From IMG/VR virus record IMGVR_UViG_3300044846_005100, positions 32,001 through 96,000 of that record: a stretch of DNA of 64,000 nucleotides; one strand, given 5' to 3'. Positions within the stretch are counted from its first letter, which is position 1, and every line of letters starts with the position of its first letter. The notes below the pieces were generated by a model that ran no database searches, was not told the origin of the DNA, and saw nothing but the letters and a program-made list of their open reading frames with translations. Position numbers and translations under genes: made by a program. Shown here in pieces: positions 14,855-25,272 of this stretch. The stretch comes from a virus.

Positions 14855-16363
14855 TTATTCTTGATTATCTTCTAAATTTGTTTCTCCTTTTTCTTGAGCA
14901 TCAGATTCTCCTAAAATAAATCTTTTAGATTTTAATTTATATGCTTCATAAGAATACATGTTTTCTTTTCTCAAGATTATTCCTTCTTCTGGAACTTTAT
15001 TATTACACATATAACAATCTTTTTCATTATATTTTATTTCTAAATCAGCTAACATAGGTTCTCTGAAATCTAAAAATCCTGTTAAATTATTTTTTTCTAA
15101 ATAATTCTGAACAGTACCGTAATAAATAAAAGTGTCTTTGTATAACAACCCTACTTTTTCACAATATTCTTCAATTTGTTTATCAGTTAAAAAGATTACT
15201 TTTCCATCAGGATTTACCACTGAAATTTTGTAAACATAAAATTTATGTTGTGGTTTTTTAACTGTTTCTAATTCTTTTAACAAATCTTGAGGAATTGTTT
15301 CAAAAATATCATCCAATCTACCAATAAAAAATTTAAACTTTTCTTCATCGTATAAATTATATTTTTTTAATAAATCTTCTTTTTGCTTTTTATTTAAAGC
15401 TTTCCAAGCTTCTTTATAGGATTTTTTATCATCGCTACCTAAAACAGTACAACCGTAATCATACGCTCCTTGTATTGGGGCCCCTGAAGCAGTGTAACCT
15501 AAAATTTCTCCATAAAGTGTCCAATTTTTAGGAATTAAATGTCCTATTTCTTTGGCCACAACTCCCCAAATATCTTCTCCATAAAATCCTCCTCCTTTTG
15601 TTGGATTCAAATATTGGTTTTTAATTACTTTTCTCGAAGAATAAACAATGTCATAATCTTCTTCCTTAATATTCACTCCTACTTTTTTCAATAATTTTTC
15701 ATACCATGATAAAGGAGTTTTTACTAATACATTTCCAACTACCATTGAAGTACCATGCTTCTTGTAGTGAATACCGATAATATCATCAGGATTGATTTTA
15801 TCCATATTTTTACGAAGATTATCAGTATCTCCATGTAAATAAAATTGGCCTTCAATTAATCTATCAATACCTTTTGGCTGTTTATGGGATTTAGTAGCAT
15901 TACTTCCTCTTTGTTGTACAGGTACAATATATTTTTCACAGAGAGTATTACCATTAATTTCTGTAAATTCATCTCCTATATTTAAAGAGTCAATAGATGA
16001 ACTTTCTAAAAAAGAGTTTAAACTACTTAAAGGCATCAACATTCCATCAGATATTTCTCCTCTGAGTTTGATTGCTTTTACACGTTTTTGTTTAAAACTG
16101 ATAAACCCTTTTTGGGCTGTATCTAAATTTTCTTCAGATTTATCATACAAATTATTTTTTTTACAATAATCTGCATTTAATTTAGTACCAGATACAAAAT
16201 AAAGCATTATATCTCCTTCTTTTACATTTTTGGAACATACTACTGTATTACCATTTACAATAGTTTTTACGATCATATCTGCTCCTTCTATTGGGAGAAT
16301 TTTTTTAACTTCAACTACACTACATGCATAGTTTTTGGAATTTTCATTTACTGATAATGTCAT
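14855..16363 (-). CDS. ATP-dependent RNA ligase (DRB0094/Rnl2-like) with N-terminal OB-type domain
   Basis: PIEGAD, KLRGEISDG, motif I KKHGTS, YGE, EEGIIL, YKLK. Confidence 0.85.
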   Translation of the reverse strand: MTLSVNENSKNYACSVVEVKKILPIEGADMIVKTIVNGNTVVCSKNVKEGDIMLYFVSGTKLNADYCKKNNLYDKSEENLDTAQKGFISFKQKRVKAIKLRGEISDGMLMPLSSLNSFLESSSIDSLNIGDEFTEINGNTLCEKYIVPVQQRGSNATKSHKQPKGIDRLIEGQFYLHGDTDNLRKNMDKINPDDIIGIHYKKHGTSMVVGNVLVKTPLSWYEKLLKKVGVNIKEEDYDIVYSSRKVIKNQYLNPTKGGGFYGEDIWGVVAKEIGHLIPKNWTLYGEILGYTASGAPIQGAYDYGCTVLGSDDKKSYKEAWKALNKKQKEDLLKKYNLYDEEKFKFFIGRLDDIFETIPQDLLKELETVKKPQHKFYVYKISVVNPDGKVIFLTDKQIEEYCEKVGLLYKDTFIYYGTVQNYLEKNNLTGFLDFREPMLADLEIKYNEKDCYMCNNKVPEEGIILRKENMYSYEAYKLKSKRFILGESDAQEKGETNLEDNQE

Positions 16364-16404
16364 TTTAAAAAATTTTAGTGTTAATAATAATGTTATAAGT
16401 AAAC

Positions 16405-16431
16405 AAAAGGGAACATAATTTTGTTCCCTTT
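16405..16431. terminator. Hairpin / terminator
   Basis: AAAGGGAACA/TGTTCCCTTT. Confidence 0.55.
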
Positions 16432-16467
16432 ACTTTTACTTTTTTTAAAATTTACTTGAAGCAAGTA

Positions 16468-16722
16468 TTATTCTTTTTTCTCTTCATTAAAGTTTTTTAT
16501 AAAGTCATTTACTTGTCCTGAAGAAAAAACTTTGTCTCCAAATATGATGATAGGCACCGTTCTTTGGTTTATTCTTCTCATAAAAGGTAGAAAATCTGAC
16601 AATCTATCATCATATTTGATGATTTCATATTGTTCTGGTTGGAGATGTTTCTCCGCTAGCATTGCTGCTGTTTTACATGGGCCACATTTTTCAAGGCCGA
16701 TAATTTGAATTTTTGGAGTCAT
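16468..16722 (-). CDS. Glutaredoxin/thioredoxin-like protein
   Basis: CGPC and RTVP motifs. Confidence 0.85.
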   Translation of the reverse strand: MTPKIQIIGLEKCGPCKTAAMLAEKHLQPEQYEIIKYDDRLSDFLPFMRRINQRTVPIIIFGDKVFSSGQVNDFIKNFNEEKKE

Positions 16723-16724
16723 TA

Positions 16725-18077
16725 TTAAATAATTTTTTCTGTTAATAAAATTTGTTTTACTTTTTCAATAAGTTCTTCAATAGTACCATTATTAATAATT
16801 TCATAATCAAGTTTGTGATTATCAAGACTTGTTTCACTAGGGTGTTCACTTTGAAATGATTTAGAACAACTCATCTTATGTTGATAAATTTCGTTACATT
16901 CAAAACAAGGTCTTTTAACTCCTATAGTAATTCCTCCTCTAGCTTTTACAGCATCATATTCATTGGGGAATCTCATGTCTGTAATGCACCACGAAGGATA
17001 AACTAGATTTTTATTTTCTTCCTGTTCATACAAACCCTCTCTTTCTAAAAATGCTTCCTCATAAGCTTCTGATGCTTCTTCTAATGTATTAAAATAACCT
17101 AAAAATTTAATTTTACCTTTAATTTGAATATTAGCTCTAATTCTATTATTATTTTTCTTATCTAAGCTTACTCCTTTATATCCAGTAGTGTTATCTTTTC
17201 TAATACTTGTATTAATAGCTTGTGTACCATAAGTAACCCATCTACAATTATTTGGGTTATAACCTTCATTATTATCTTTTCTATCTAATGTTAAATTATC
17301 TTTATATCCATTAGAATTTGACCAGTTTATAAAAGATTCAAAAGACTCTTCCCATTCTTTACATAGTTTAATACCTCTTTCACCATAACTAGAATATCTG
17401 GGATGTTTAGGATTATTACATCTTTGTTTAATATTATGGTAAACTCTAAAAATTCTAGTTTTATTATAACCGTGCTTTAATCTACTATCAATAAAAGTAT
17501 TACTTTTCTCTATTTCATTATTTATTGGTTTATACTCACTCATTAAAGCATTTACCCAAATTGAAGGATGTATAATATCTCTACCACATTCTGTACCTAA
17601 TAATTGAAGAAGTAGTCTAGGGGTTAAAACTTCAGATTTTACTTCCCACCACTCAGGAGAGTGTTCTCTTAAGTTTAAACATAGTTCTTCTTTTTTGTTA
17701 AAAGCCTCTTGTTCTGTATTAAAATATTTATTATTATTATCCCAATTAAATGAATCATAAACTGAACTAAAATTTTTAACTTTACCTCTTGTAAGATAAT
17801 ATCTTTTCCATTCTTCCCCTAATTCACTATTCTTAAAATCTTGGTCTTCAAGTTGCTCTCTAGTACAACCTAAAAGTAAACATACAATATCTTTAAGTTT
17901 ATCTGCGAATTTTTTGATTTTCCAACCAGAATCTTCTCTTTGTTCAATTGTACCTGCATCAATTTTAATAGAATTAAAAATTTCTTCACTGTTATGACCT
18001 AAACATAATTCTTTAATAATTTTCCCAACAGTATCCTTTCCAGACGATATACGTCCATTTATACTAATTATACTCAT
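16725..18077 (-). CDS. dNMP kinase with an in-frame HNH-AP2 endonuclease insertion
   Basis: GRISSGKDT, LQLLGTECGR, DMRFPNE; internal KQRC..YGERGI..DRKDN..NCRW and an AP2-like segment. Confidence 0.85.
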   Translation of the reverse strand: MSIISINGRISSGKDTVGKIIKELCLGHNSEEIFNSIKIDAGTIEQREDSGWKIKKFADKLKDIVCLLLGCTREQLEDQDFKNSELGEEWKRYYLTRGKVKNFSSVYDSFNWDNNNKYFNTEQEAFNKKEELCLNLREHSPEWWEVKSEVLTPRLLLQLLGTECGRDIIHPSIWVNALMSEYKPINNEIEKSNTFIDSRLKHGYNKTRIFRVYHNIKQRCNNPKHPRYSSYGERGIKLCKEWEESFESFINWSNSNGYKDNLTLDRKDNNEGYNPNNCRWVTYGTQAINTSIRKDNTTGYKGVSLDKKNNNRIRANIQIKGKIKFLGYFNTLEEASEAYEEAFLEREGLYEQEENKNLVYPSWCITDMRFPNEYDAVKARGGITIGVKRPCFECNEIYQHKMSCSKSFQSEHPSETSLDNHKLDYEIINNGTIEELIEKVKQILLTEKII

Positions 18078-18104
18078 AACTTATCAATTTTATCTTTTGT
18101 TTCT

Positions 18105-18401
18105 TTAATCTTTTCTACTTATAAAAACTTTTAATGTTTTACCAAAATCCTGGATAGATAATTCTACTTTTTCACAATCTTTTTTAACATAAACTCTACC
18201 TGTTTCAGGTGTCTGATGGTCTATTACTTCAAATCTTGTTACTTTAGGTAAATTAATTACTTTATTAAAATTCTCTTCAATAATGTTACTAATAATATCA
18301 ATAATTTCATACGGAACAAGAGTAGTTTTATCTTCCAAATCTTCTCCGATTTGTTTTACTCTATCCATGTAGAGTTTTAATAATAGTTCTTTATTTATCA
18401 T
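18105..18401 (-). CDS. Hypothetical protein
   Basis: ORF with VTRFEVID. Confidence 0.75.
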   Translation of the reverse strand: MINKELLLKLYMDRVKQIGEDLEDKTTLVPYEIIDIISNIIEENFNKVINLPKVTRFEVIDHQTPETGRVYVKKDCEKVELSIQDFGKTLKVFISRKD

Positions 18402-18541
18402 TCTTTAAAGATTTAGTTAATAATAATATTTTATCCTTGAACATTGTAATGACAATTAGATTATCTTTACTAAATACTTCCACAAATAATGTAAAATCTA
18501 AAAAATTAAGTGTGTGTACTATACTTTCTTCAAGTATTTCT

Positions 18542-18763
18542 TTACTGTATTTCATTTTTTTTATTTTTCATTAAAAAATTTCTAGTTTTTCTATCATAAA
18601 AAACATCTTCATCTGGTATAATCTTTACCTCACTAATTAGTATTTTACAAGGTTCATCTAAATACCAAATGTATTCTGGGTCTGTTTCTGAAATCATACC
18701 TCTTTCACAATATTTTTTATTGATTCCTGGAGGTTGAAAGTAAACAAATTTATTAGTTGTCAT
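18542..18763 (-). CDS. Hypothetical protein
   Basis: Operon-packed ORF. Confidence 0.7.
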   Translation of the reverse strand: MTTNKFVYFQPPGINKKYCERGMISETDPEYIWYLDEPCKILISEVKIIPDEDVFYDRKTRNFLMKNKKNEIQ

Positions 18764-18764
18764 A

Positions 18765-19010
18765 TTATTTTATTTTATCTAAAGGATATGCATTTAAAAT
18801 TGAGTCTTTATCTACATATTCATCATAAAATTCAGAACCTGTATTACCAGAGTAATTATATTGAATTTTAGCTTTTTCAGATGCAATTCTCAAAGCTTCC
18901 GTTACGTGCATTTGTGCAAACTCGATCATAAACTCTTCAATGTTTCTTAAAACAAATACTCCATTATTATTTGGAAATTTATTTTCTATTAATTCTATTG
19001 CTTTTATCAT
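18765..19010 (-). CDS. Hypothetical protein
   Basis: Operon-packed ORF. Confidence 0.75.
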   Translation of the reverse strand: MIKAIELIENKFPNNNGVFVLRNIEEFMIEFAQMHVTEALRIASEKAKIQYNYSGNTGSEFYDEYVDKDSILNAYPLDKIK

Positions 19011-19012
19011 AA

Positions 19013-19399
19013 TTATTCTTTTATAGTTAATTCTTTACCTGTAAGTGAAAAATAAAGGTTTTGAAGTTGATGGACGTATTTAAGATCTGAAAAATCTGAA
19101 TAACTTTTAAGACCAATACTCCACCCTTTTTCTCCTAAATAATAAATTAAATCTAAATTACCTACTAAATTTAACGAAAAAGTCCAAATTCCAATTTTTT
19201 CTAATCCAAGTTTCAAAAGCCATTCCTCTGTTAAAGGAATTGGTTTAAAATGAAAACTTTTAGCTTCTATTTTAGGTTCAACAGTTTTTATCCAATAAAT
19301 ACCGTCTTCTCTAAACTCCGTAATATTTTTAAATGTTACTACATCATCTATAATAAATAGTAATTTATTTCCATATCTTAATTCTTGAGCGTTTATCAT
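19013..19399 (-). CDS. Hypothetical protein of a Bacteroidota-phage-type family
   Basis: PIPLTEEWLLKLG..YVHQLQNLYF motif. Confidence 0.8.
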   Translation of the reverse strand: MINAQELRYGNKLLFIIDDVVTFKNITEFREDGIYWIKTVEPKIEAKSFHFKPIPLTEEWLLKLGLEKIGIWTFSLNLVGNLDLIYYLGEKGWSIGLKSYSDFSDLKYVHQLQNLYFSLTGKELTIKE

Positions 19400-19400
19400 A

Positions 19401-20000
19401 TTATTTTAAATTTGAGTATAAAATTGTTGGATTATTTTTCTTAACATCACATTTATAATAGACATCTTGATGAGTCATGAATTGCTGAGTGTTGAACCCT
19501 TTTGTAACAATATGTATTCCGTTTGGAGTAGGAATTGTGGTAATTATATGATCACCTCCTGGCTCACAATCATTAATTATAGTTTTTATCCTAAGAATAT
19601 CATTTTCAGTAACATCTTTATAGTCTATATCTACTATCCAAATCTTTTTTTCAGAAGACATATTACCTATAGCTTTTGTTACTAAACTATTATAAGAATA
19701 CTCTTTATTTTGCATCCTTTGCGAAAGAACTTCAAAAAGTTTAAATCCTAATTTTGTCAGGGAATAAGGTTGAAGTTTTATGTAAACTCTAGCATTAAAT
19801 ACCTCAGCTAAGGTTTTCATTTCATCATATCTTTCTAAAAGACTATCTAAATCTTTAATCATATAAGATTTTATGATTCTTACATTTTGATTATTAACTA
19901 AATGAGGGTTATCTTTTTTTCTTTGAAGCACCATTACTTCATAGAACCAATCTTCTTTAAATTCCAATAAGGGAATTATTCTATCTATATTGTCTGTCAT
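19401..20000 (-). CDS. Hypothetical protein, possible AEP/prim-pol fold
   Basis: IVDID and TPNGIH motifs. Confidence 0.6.
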   Translation of the reverse strand: MTDNIDRIIPLLEFKEDWFYEVMVLQRKKDNPHLVNNQNVRIIKSYMIKDLDSLLERYDEMKTLAEVFNARVYIKLQPYSLTKLGFKLFEVLSQRMQNKEYSYNSLVTKAIGNMSSEKKIWIVDIDYKDVTENDILRIKTIINDCEPGGDHIITTIPTPNGIHIVTKGFNTQQFMTHQDVYYKCDVKKNNPTILYSNLK

Positions 20001-20002
20001 GG

Positions 20003-20221
20003 TTAAGGATTTAAATTGTTTAATAATTGTTCTAATTCTTTTTTTATTAAAAATAATTGATTGAAAACTTCTATACTTAAAGGGTCATTTAATGTTGGTA
20101 GTTCCTTTTCTAAAGCTTTGCTATTATCAATATCTATAATAGCTGCTTTTATAGCCTGAGTTTTATTTAACCCTAAAAAAAGATATTTGTTTACTAAAGT
20201 TTCGGCATTATATTCTAACAT
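20003..20221 (-). CDS. Hypothetical protein
   Basis: ORF, start moved to the internal ATG. Confidence 0.65.
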   Translation of the reverse strand: MLEYNAETLVNKYLFLGLNKTQAIKAAIIDIDNSKALEKELPTLNDPLSIEVFNQLFLIKKELEQLLNNLNP

Positions 20222-20258
20222 GTTTTTTAGGTTAAAGTGCAAAAATAAATATTTTTTA

Positions 20259-20666
20259 CTAAAGAAGTGAAATTAATTTTTTTAATTTACTTATTTTGGG
20301 TTTTATTACAGATATTGTAACAGACGATAGATTCTTTTTCAAATCTTCCTCCAGCTCAAAAAGTTCTAAAATATACTCGGATTTACGAGCATTTCTAAGA
20401 AATAAACTATTTTCTTCAGTACAAACCTGATAAACAGTTTTACCTTCTGAGGTAGATACAGGAACAATAAGACAAAGTTCTTCTAGTTCTTTTAATCTTC
20501 CTGTTACGGAGCACTTATCCTCTAAAGATAAGTGCTTTTTTATTTCTTCGCTATTTAAAGGACCTTTTTGGGTTAAGCAATCATACACTTGTTTTTGTCT
20601 ATTTGCTAAATTTTTTAAAATCTCTTTATAAGCTTCATTTCTATTTGATATACTGATACTATTCAT
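20259..20666 (-). CDS. Winged-helix DNA-binding protein
   Basis: RQKQVYD..SVTGRLKEL; start moved to the internal ATG. Confidence 0.65.
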   Translation of the reverse strand: MNSISISNRNEAYKEILKNLANRQKQVYDCLTQKGPLNSEEIKKHLSLEDKCSVTGRLKELEELCLIVPVSTSEGKTVYQVCTEENSLFLRNARKSEYILELFELEEDLKKNLSSVTISVIKPKISKLKKLISLL

Positions 20667-20673
20667 ATAATCA

Positions 20674-21123
20674 TTATTTTCCACTAGAGCCATAACCCCC
20701 TGCCCCTCTTTCGGTTTCAGAAATTTCATTTACTTCTTTCCATTCAACTTCAGGATAAGGCATTATAATTAATTGGCCTATTCTGTCTCCTACATGATAA
20801 ATTGCATCATTTTTTTGCTCTTCATTTTTTAGGAAATACTGATAATTAGGTTTATATTTAAACATAATTTCGCCTCGGTATCCAGAATCAATAACTCCTA
20901 CAGAGTTTGTAAGAGCTAAAGATTTGTTGGCATTTGAAGATCTGGGGAATAATAAGCCCATAAATCCTTCAGGAATTTCTACCGCCAAACCTGTTTTATA
21001 AACATAATTACCTTGGGCATCTAAATCTACCTCTGTACAAGTAAGGTCCATTCCTGCATCCCCAGGCTTTGAGTAAGAAGGTATCACTGCCTTTTCATTT
21101 AATCTTTTGATTTTTACTATCAT
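20674..21123 (-). CDS. dut: Trimeric dUTPase
   Basis: AGMDL, PRSS, GVIDSGYRGE, RGAGGYGSSG. Confidence 0.97.
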   Translation of the reverse strand: MIVKIKRLNEKAVIPSYSKPGDAGMDLTCTEVDLDAQGNYVYKTGLAVEIPEGFMGLLFPRSSNANKSLALTNSVGVIDSGYRGEIMFKYKPNYQYFLKNEEQKNDAIYHVGDRIGQLIIMPYPEVEWKEVNEISETERGAGGYGSSGK

Positions 21124-21132
21124 ATTTTATTT

Positions 21133-21522
21133 TTAATTTATTAAGGTTCTATAATTTTTTTCATTAATCATGATTTCTCTATAAGAATCTGATACATGTG
21201 GATACACTATTAAAGCCTCCAAATGTTCTTGTCCAAGGTCTTTTATTTTAGTAAATTTTAAAGAATCTGTACCATTGATTCCTCTTGAACCCCATTCACA
21301 AAACTCTCTAATTACATTATGAGGGTCTTGTTCATTTAAGGTTAAAAGAGCAATTTTTTCTACATCTTTTCCTCCAAATCTAACATAATCAAATCCTCCA
21401 TCTAAAAAGGTTTCATTATTACAAGGACATTTAACAAAATCATGTCTATGTCGGGAAACTAATACTGTATTGCAATTTAAACAAGTTGCTTGGCTATATA
21501 CTATTCTATTTTTTTCTTTCAT
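21133..21522 (-). CDS. Zn-binding hypothetical protein
   Basis: CxxC..HRHDFVKCxC..DGG. Confidence 0.75.
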   Translation of the reverse strand: MKEKNRIVYSQATCLNCNTVLVSRHRHDFVKCPCNNETFLDGGFDYVRFGGKDVEKIALLTLNEQDPHNVIREFCEWGSRGINGTDSLKFTKIKDLGQEHLEALIVYPHVSDSYREIMINEKNYRTLIN

Positions 21523-21528
21523 TTTTTT

Positions 21529-22530
21529 TTATTTAAATTCAAAATTTACATTATCTCTTTGGAATTTTTCCTTTATTATCTGCATTAAAGCACCAATACC
21601 CAAATCTTTTATTACATCAGAAGGGTCAGTTTGTTGCATATCTGAAGGATTGTTTATATATTTTAGTCTTTTATCAATCTCAAGGGTTAATAAACGAGAA
21701 AATTTCTTCCCTGCATCATCATTGTTTAGATAAACATAAATGTGTTCATATTTGGAAAATAAATCTTCTATAATAGGTAAAAGAATTTTATAACTATTTT
21801 CACTAGGCAGATTAAAAGCATCAAACCCTCTTTCATGTAGACACATTGTATCCTTTAAAGAAGATGTAATAAACAATACATTGGAGGTATATTCTAATTG
21901 TTTATACCCTTCCAAAACAGCTTTTATTGTTCTCCATTTCTGCATTTTTATTCCTATAGGATTGTATATTTTATATGGAAGACCTTCATCACAATAAGCA
22001 AATATTGGATTATATTCACTGCTGGAATAGTTTAACACTCCATTTCTGAATACAAATTTCACAGGCATTACATTATACTTTTTAAGTGTTTTTTCAGTAA
22101 TAGAGAATTTTTTCCAATAGTCTAAATCATGTTTTTCAAAACCATTTTTTAACTTTGCAGTGTAAACTATTTTTTCTTCTTCACTAGATGAAATGGATTG
22201 TTCTTTTAAAGTAGAAGAAAGGGGTGCTTGTGACACCCCTATATTTTCTCCTGAAAAGCTTCCTTTCACTTTATTAGTATATTTTAAATCGTAATTAATT
22301 TTATTAATAGCTTCTTTGTTGGTTAAATTATACTTTTGTGATACAAAGGAAATACAATCTGTATGTGTAGGATTATTGGCCCAATCAATAAATAATATTT
22401 TATCGTTTATCACTTTAAAATAACATTTCGGAGATTTATCTCTCCTCAAAGGATTGGTAAAGTTGCCTTTAGTATCCCAACTTCCAAAATAGTTTCTCCA
22501 TATATCACTTTGTTGATCTAAAGTGAACAT
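21529..22530 (-). CDS. DNA primase (Toprim, crAss-like)
   Basis: NPLRRD, ITSSLKD, NNDDAG, DPSD. Confidence 0.8.
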   Translation of the reverse strand: MFTLDQQSDIWRNYFGSWDTKGNFTNPLRRDKSPKCYFKVINDKILFIDWANNPTHTDCISFVSQKYNLTNKEAINKINYDLKYTNKVKGSFSGENIGVSQAPLSSTLKEQSISSSEEEKIVYTAKLKNGFEKHDLDYWKKFSITEKTLKKYNVMPVKFVFRNGVLNYSSSEYNPIFAYCDEGLPYKIYNPIGIKMQKWRTIKAVLEGYKQLEYTSNVLFITSSLKDTMCLHERGFDAFNLPSENSYKILLPIIEDLFSKYEHIYVYLNNDDAGKKFSRLLTLEIDKRLKYINNPSDMQQTDPSDVIKDLGIGALMQIIKEKFQRDNVNFEFK

Positions 22531-22541
22531 ATTTATTTGTT

Positions 22542-23384
22542 TTAGAAGGGGAGGTCATCTGAATACTCTGGCATGCTTTCTCCTTCTTGAGAAGAAGTTG
22601 TTTCAGCCTCTAAATCTTCTGAATTAAACTCTTGGAATTTTGAAGTAATAGGAGCAACATTCTTTTTGAATGAAGAATACTCTCCTCTCAAACTATTGAT
22701 AATTTTATCAAAACTTTTGATTCCTGGGTAATCTTTGATGAAAGCTTTTGTGTAAATACTCATATCATAATAAGTCTTACCTTCACTCTCTCTTGAAGTT
22801 ATTCCAACATATACTTTAATTCCTCTGCCTTCCTCAAAAAGAGGGTTTATATCAGAGTAATCTTGTTTAAATAATTTCTCCAATGGAAGAAAAATACCAG
22901 GAATATCTCCTTCTTTTAAAGTATATTTAGACAAATCTGTTTCCCAATTTTTCAAGTTGATAAAGAAATCTACTACTAGGTCTTCTCCTACCATTGCTTT
23001 TCTTTGGTTATCTCCGTAATACCACATTTTGTTTTTGTTCATAACAGAAGGGTCTTCATTATAAGAAGTAAGACCTTGTCCGTTAATATATTTTTGTTTT
23101 CCACTACGAGAAATATCGTGTCTAGCTTCTAACCAAAATGTAATTTTAGTTTTTGTGTCTTCAGCTTCTGGAAGAACTCCCCAAATATCAAGTTTTAACA
23201 CTCTTACTTGCTTACCCTCTACATCTTTTGTAGTTAAGTATTCAGGATCTTTTTCTAAATCTTTTCCTAGAAATTCTGACAATTGAGCCTTTGTAGGGTT
23301 GATTAATTGAGGTACAAAAGTTGTCACCCCATAAAATAATTTTCTGGCACCTGTGCCTGTTGAAATTTTTACATTACTGTTCAT
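22542..23384 (-). CDS. Single-stranded DNA-binding protein
   Basis: Acidic tail ending DDLPF, within the replication module. Confidence 0.65.
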   Translation of the reverse strand: MNSNVKISTGTGARKLFYGVTTFVPQLINPTKAQLSEFLGKDLEKDPEYLTTKDVEGKQVRVLKLDIWGVLPEAEDTKTKITFWLEARHDISRSGKQKYINGQGLTSYNEDPSVMNKNKMWYYGDNQRKAMVGEDLVVDFFINLKNWETDLSKYTLKEGDIPGIFLPLEKLFKQDYSDINPLFEEGRGIKVYVGITSRESEGKTYYDMSIYTKAFIKDYPGIKSFDKIINSLRGEYSSFKKNVAPITSKFQEFNSEDLEAETTSSQEGESMPEYSDDLPF

Positions 23385-23423
23385 GCTTAATGATTTTAAA
23401 AATTAAAAATATTGTTTTGTGTG

Positions 23424-24155
23424 TTAAATAAAAATCTTTTCCCAATGAGTTACTAGTTTGTCGTCATCAACTAACTCAGAAATCTCAAATTCTTTGTTTC
23501 TTAGGTGCTTACATCTTGTTCCTCCTACAATTTCTTCAGAGTGTATAAATGAAAGCATATTTACATTAGATTTTTCAGTATTTCTGTACATGTAACCTAT
23601 GGCATCTACTCTAAGAGCTAATAAATCTTTTAGTTTTCCTTCAAGATTTAATTCTTTGATAGTTTGGCCTGAAGTAGAAATACTTTTGTCAGCAACGTGT
23701 CCTACAATGATAAGTGTATCACAAAATCTTGTAAAAAATTCCATGATTTTAAAGAGGCCCTCTCTTTTGTAAACTTGTCCTTTTCCATACTCCAATCTGT
23801 CAATGTCAAAATCAGAAGACTCTGCTTTGCCAGTATCTTTGTTGTAAGTTCTAACTGCTAATTGATTAAGCAATTTTTCTTTCAAAGAAGTAACCGTGTC
23901 AAGTGTAATGTACTTGTAATGAGGCTTTTCTTTGTGGAAAAGTTGAGCCAACTCATCAAATTGTTGCAATGAATCAATATTGATTCTCATAGACTCATAA
24001 AAGTCTGCACCATGCTCGAAGTTAATAATAAGGTTTCCTTCCAATTCTGAAAGTGCATGGGTTTTTCCTGTCTTCTTTTGGGAGAAGATAACCATTGTTC
24101 TTGGATTCACCACTGTAGGTGCAATCCTTCCTGTAGGTAATGTTAAACTACTCAT
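23424..24155 (-). CDS. Sak4/AAA_24-like ATPase
   Basis: SQKKTGKT, LDT, IIVGH. Confidence 0.8.
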   Translation of the reverse strand: MSSLTLPTGRIAPTVVNPRTMVIFSQKKTGKTHALSELEGNLIINFEHGADFYESMRINIDSLQQFDELAQLFHKEKPHYKYITLDTVTSLKEKLLNQLAVRTYNKDTGKAESSDFDIDRLEYGKGQVYKREGLFKIMEFFTRFCDTLIIVGHVADKSISTSGQTIKELNLEGKLKDLLALRVDAIGYMYRNTEKSNVNMLSFIHSEEIVGGTRCKHLRNKEFEISELVDDDKLVTHWEKIFI

Positions 24156-25272
24156 CTGTTAAAATTGTTTTTTTATGGGTTAATAAATGATTTAAATTTT
24201 CGGTATCATCATTTCTAGGCATACTAAAAAATGAGAAACCTTTTGGGTTAAAAAATACTGGTTCAGCTATACCTGTTCTTCCAAACCTGTTTTTACAGAT
24301 ATGGACAGTTCTAAAACATTCCTCAAATCCTTCTGTTCTATCAGAATTTAAGATTTGGTATTTGTAATAATTGGTAAGCTTGTGCTTATAAGGGGAGAAT
24401 AATCCAATAATTACTTGATAAGATCTAGCAACTTTTATATTATCTCCGAGTTTTTGTGGTTCGGGTTCTAATTTACCTGCTTTATAGTGATTTAAATCAC
24501 CTGCGGCCATTTGTTGTTGTTGGACACAGCATACATGCCATTTCCAATGCTTAGTAACTTGCTTTCTCATGTAGCTATTTACAAGTTTGTCTATACACCC
24601 TGACAAGTCTAGTGACATTCCCAATTCATTCTTTTCTAGTTCAAGAATGTTTACGTTATCTATAACAACCGTAACAATTTGATTGGGATCTTCTTGAGTG
24701 TAATGACTATACAAGTTTATAACTTTACCATTAGCAAGAGTTTTTTCTTTGTAGTGATGCTCTCCAATTTCTTTAGAGTAATCTTGACAAGATTTATAAA
24801 TACCTGTAGCATGTCCTGTTTGGTCATCAAATTTTGTAAAAGATTTAACCGTATTAAAATACGTTACAACAGGATGAGATTTTATCATAGAGATTATTTC
24901 ATCTGAAATTGGATTTATCCTACTTAATAACTCATCTTGAGTACAGTATTTATTATAATATTTTGAGATGGCATACTGAAGAATACTAATATCAAATTCT
25001 TCTTCGGATTCTTCTAAACCAAACCACAAACATTTGTATTTAAAATTACTAAAAGAAGGGTCATCCAATATGTAATCTGCTACGCTAAATAAATATAAAT
25101 ATTTTGCCAAACTTGTCTTACCTACAGAAGTTTCTGCCGTAACACAAACTAATGCTCCAGGGAATATACCACTAAAAGCTTTTCTAATACCTTTAAAAGG
25201 CATTGGAATACTATTAATGTGTCCTCGGATAAGGGCATCTCTGTTTTCTTCTATCAGATTTATTATTTGCAT
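24148..25272 (-). CDS. DnaB-like replicative helicase
   Basis: AETSVGKT, GLEES, VIDN, KNRFG. Confidence 0.85.
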   Translation of the reverse strand: MQIINLIEENRDALIRGHINSIPMPFKGIRKAFSGIFPGALVCVTAETSVGKTSLAKYLYLFSVADYILDDPSFSNFKYKCLWFGLEESEEEFDISILQYAISKYYNKYCTQDELLSRINPISDEIISMIKSHPVVTYFNTVKSFTKFDDQTGHATGIYKSCQDYSKEIGEHHYKEKTLANGKVINLYSHYTQEDPNQIVTVVIDNVNILELEKNELGMSLDLSGCIDKLVNSYMRKQVTKHWKWHVCCVQQQQMAAGDLNHYKAGKLEPEPQKLGDNIKVARSYQVIIGLFSPYKHKLTNYYKYQILNSDRTEGFEECFRTVHICKNRFGRTGIAEPVFFNPKGFSFFSMPRNDDTENLNHLLTHKKTILTDE

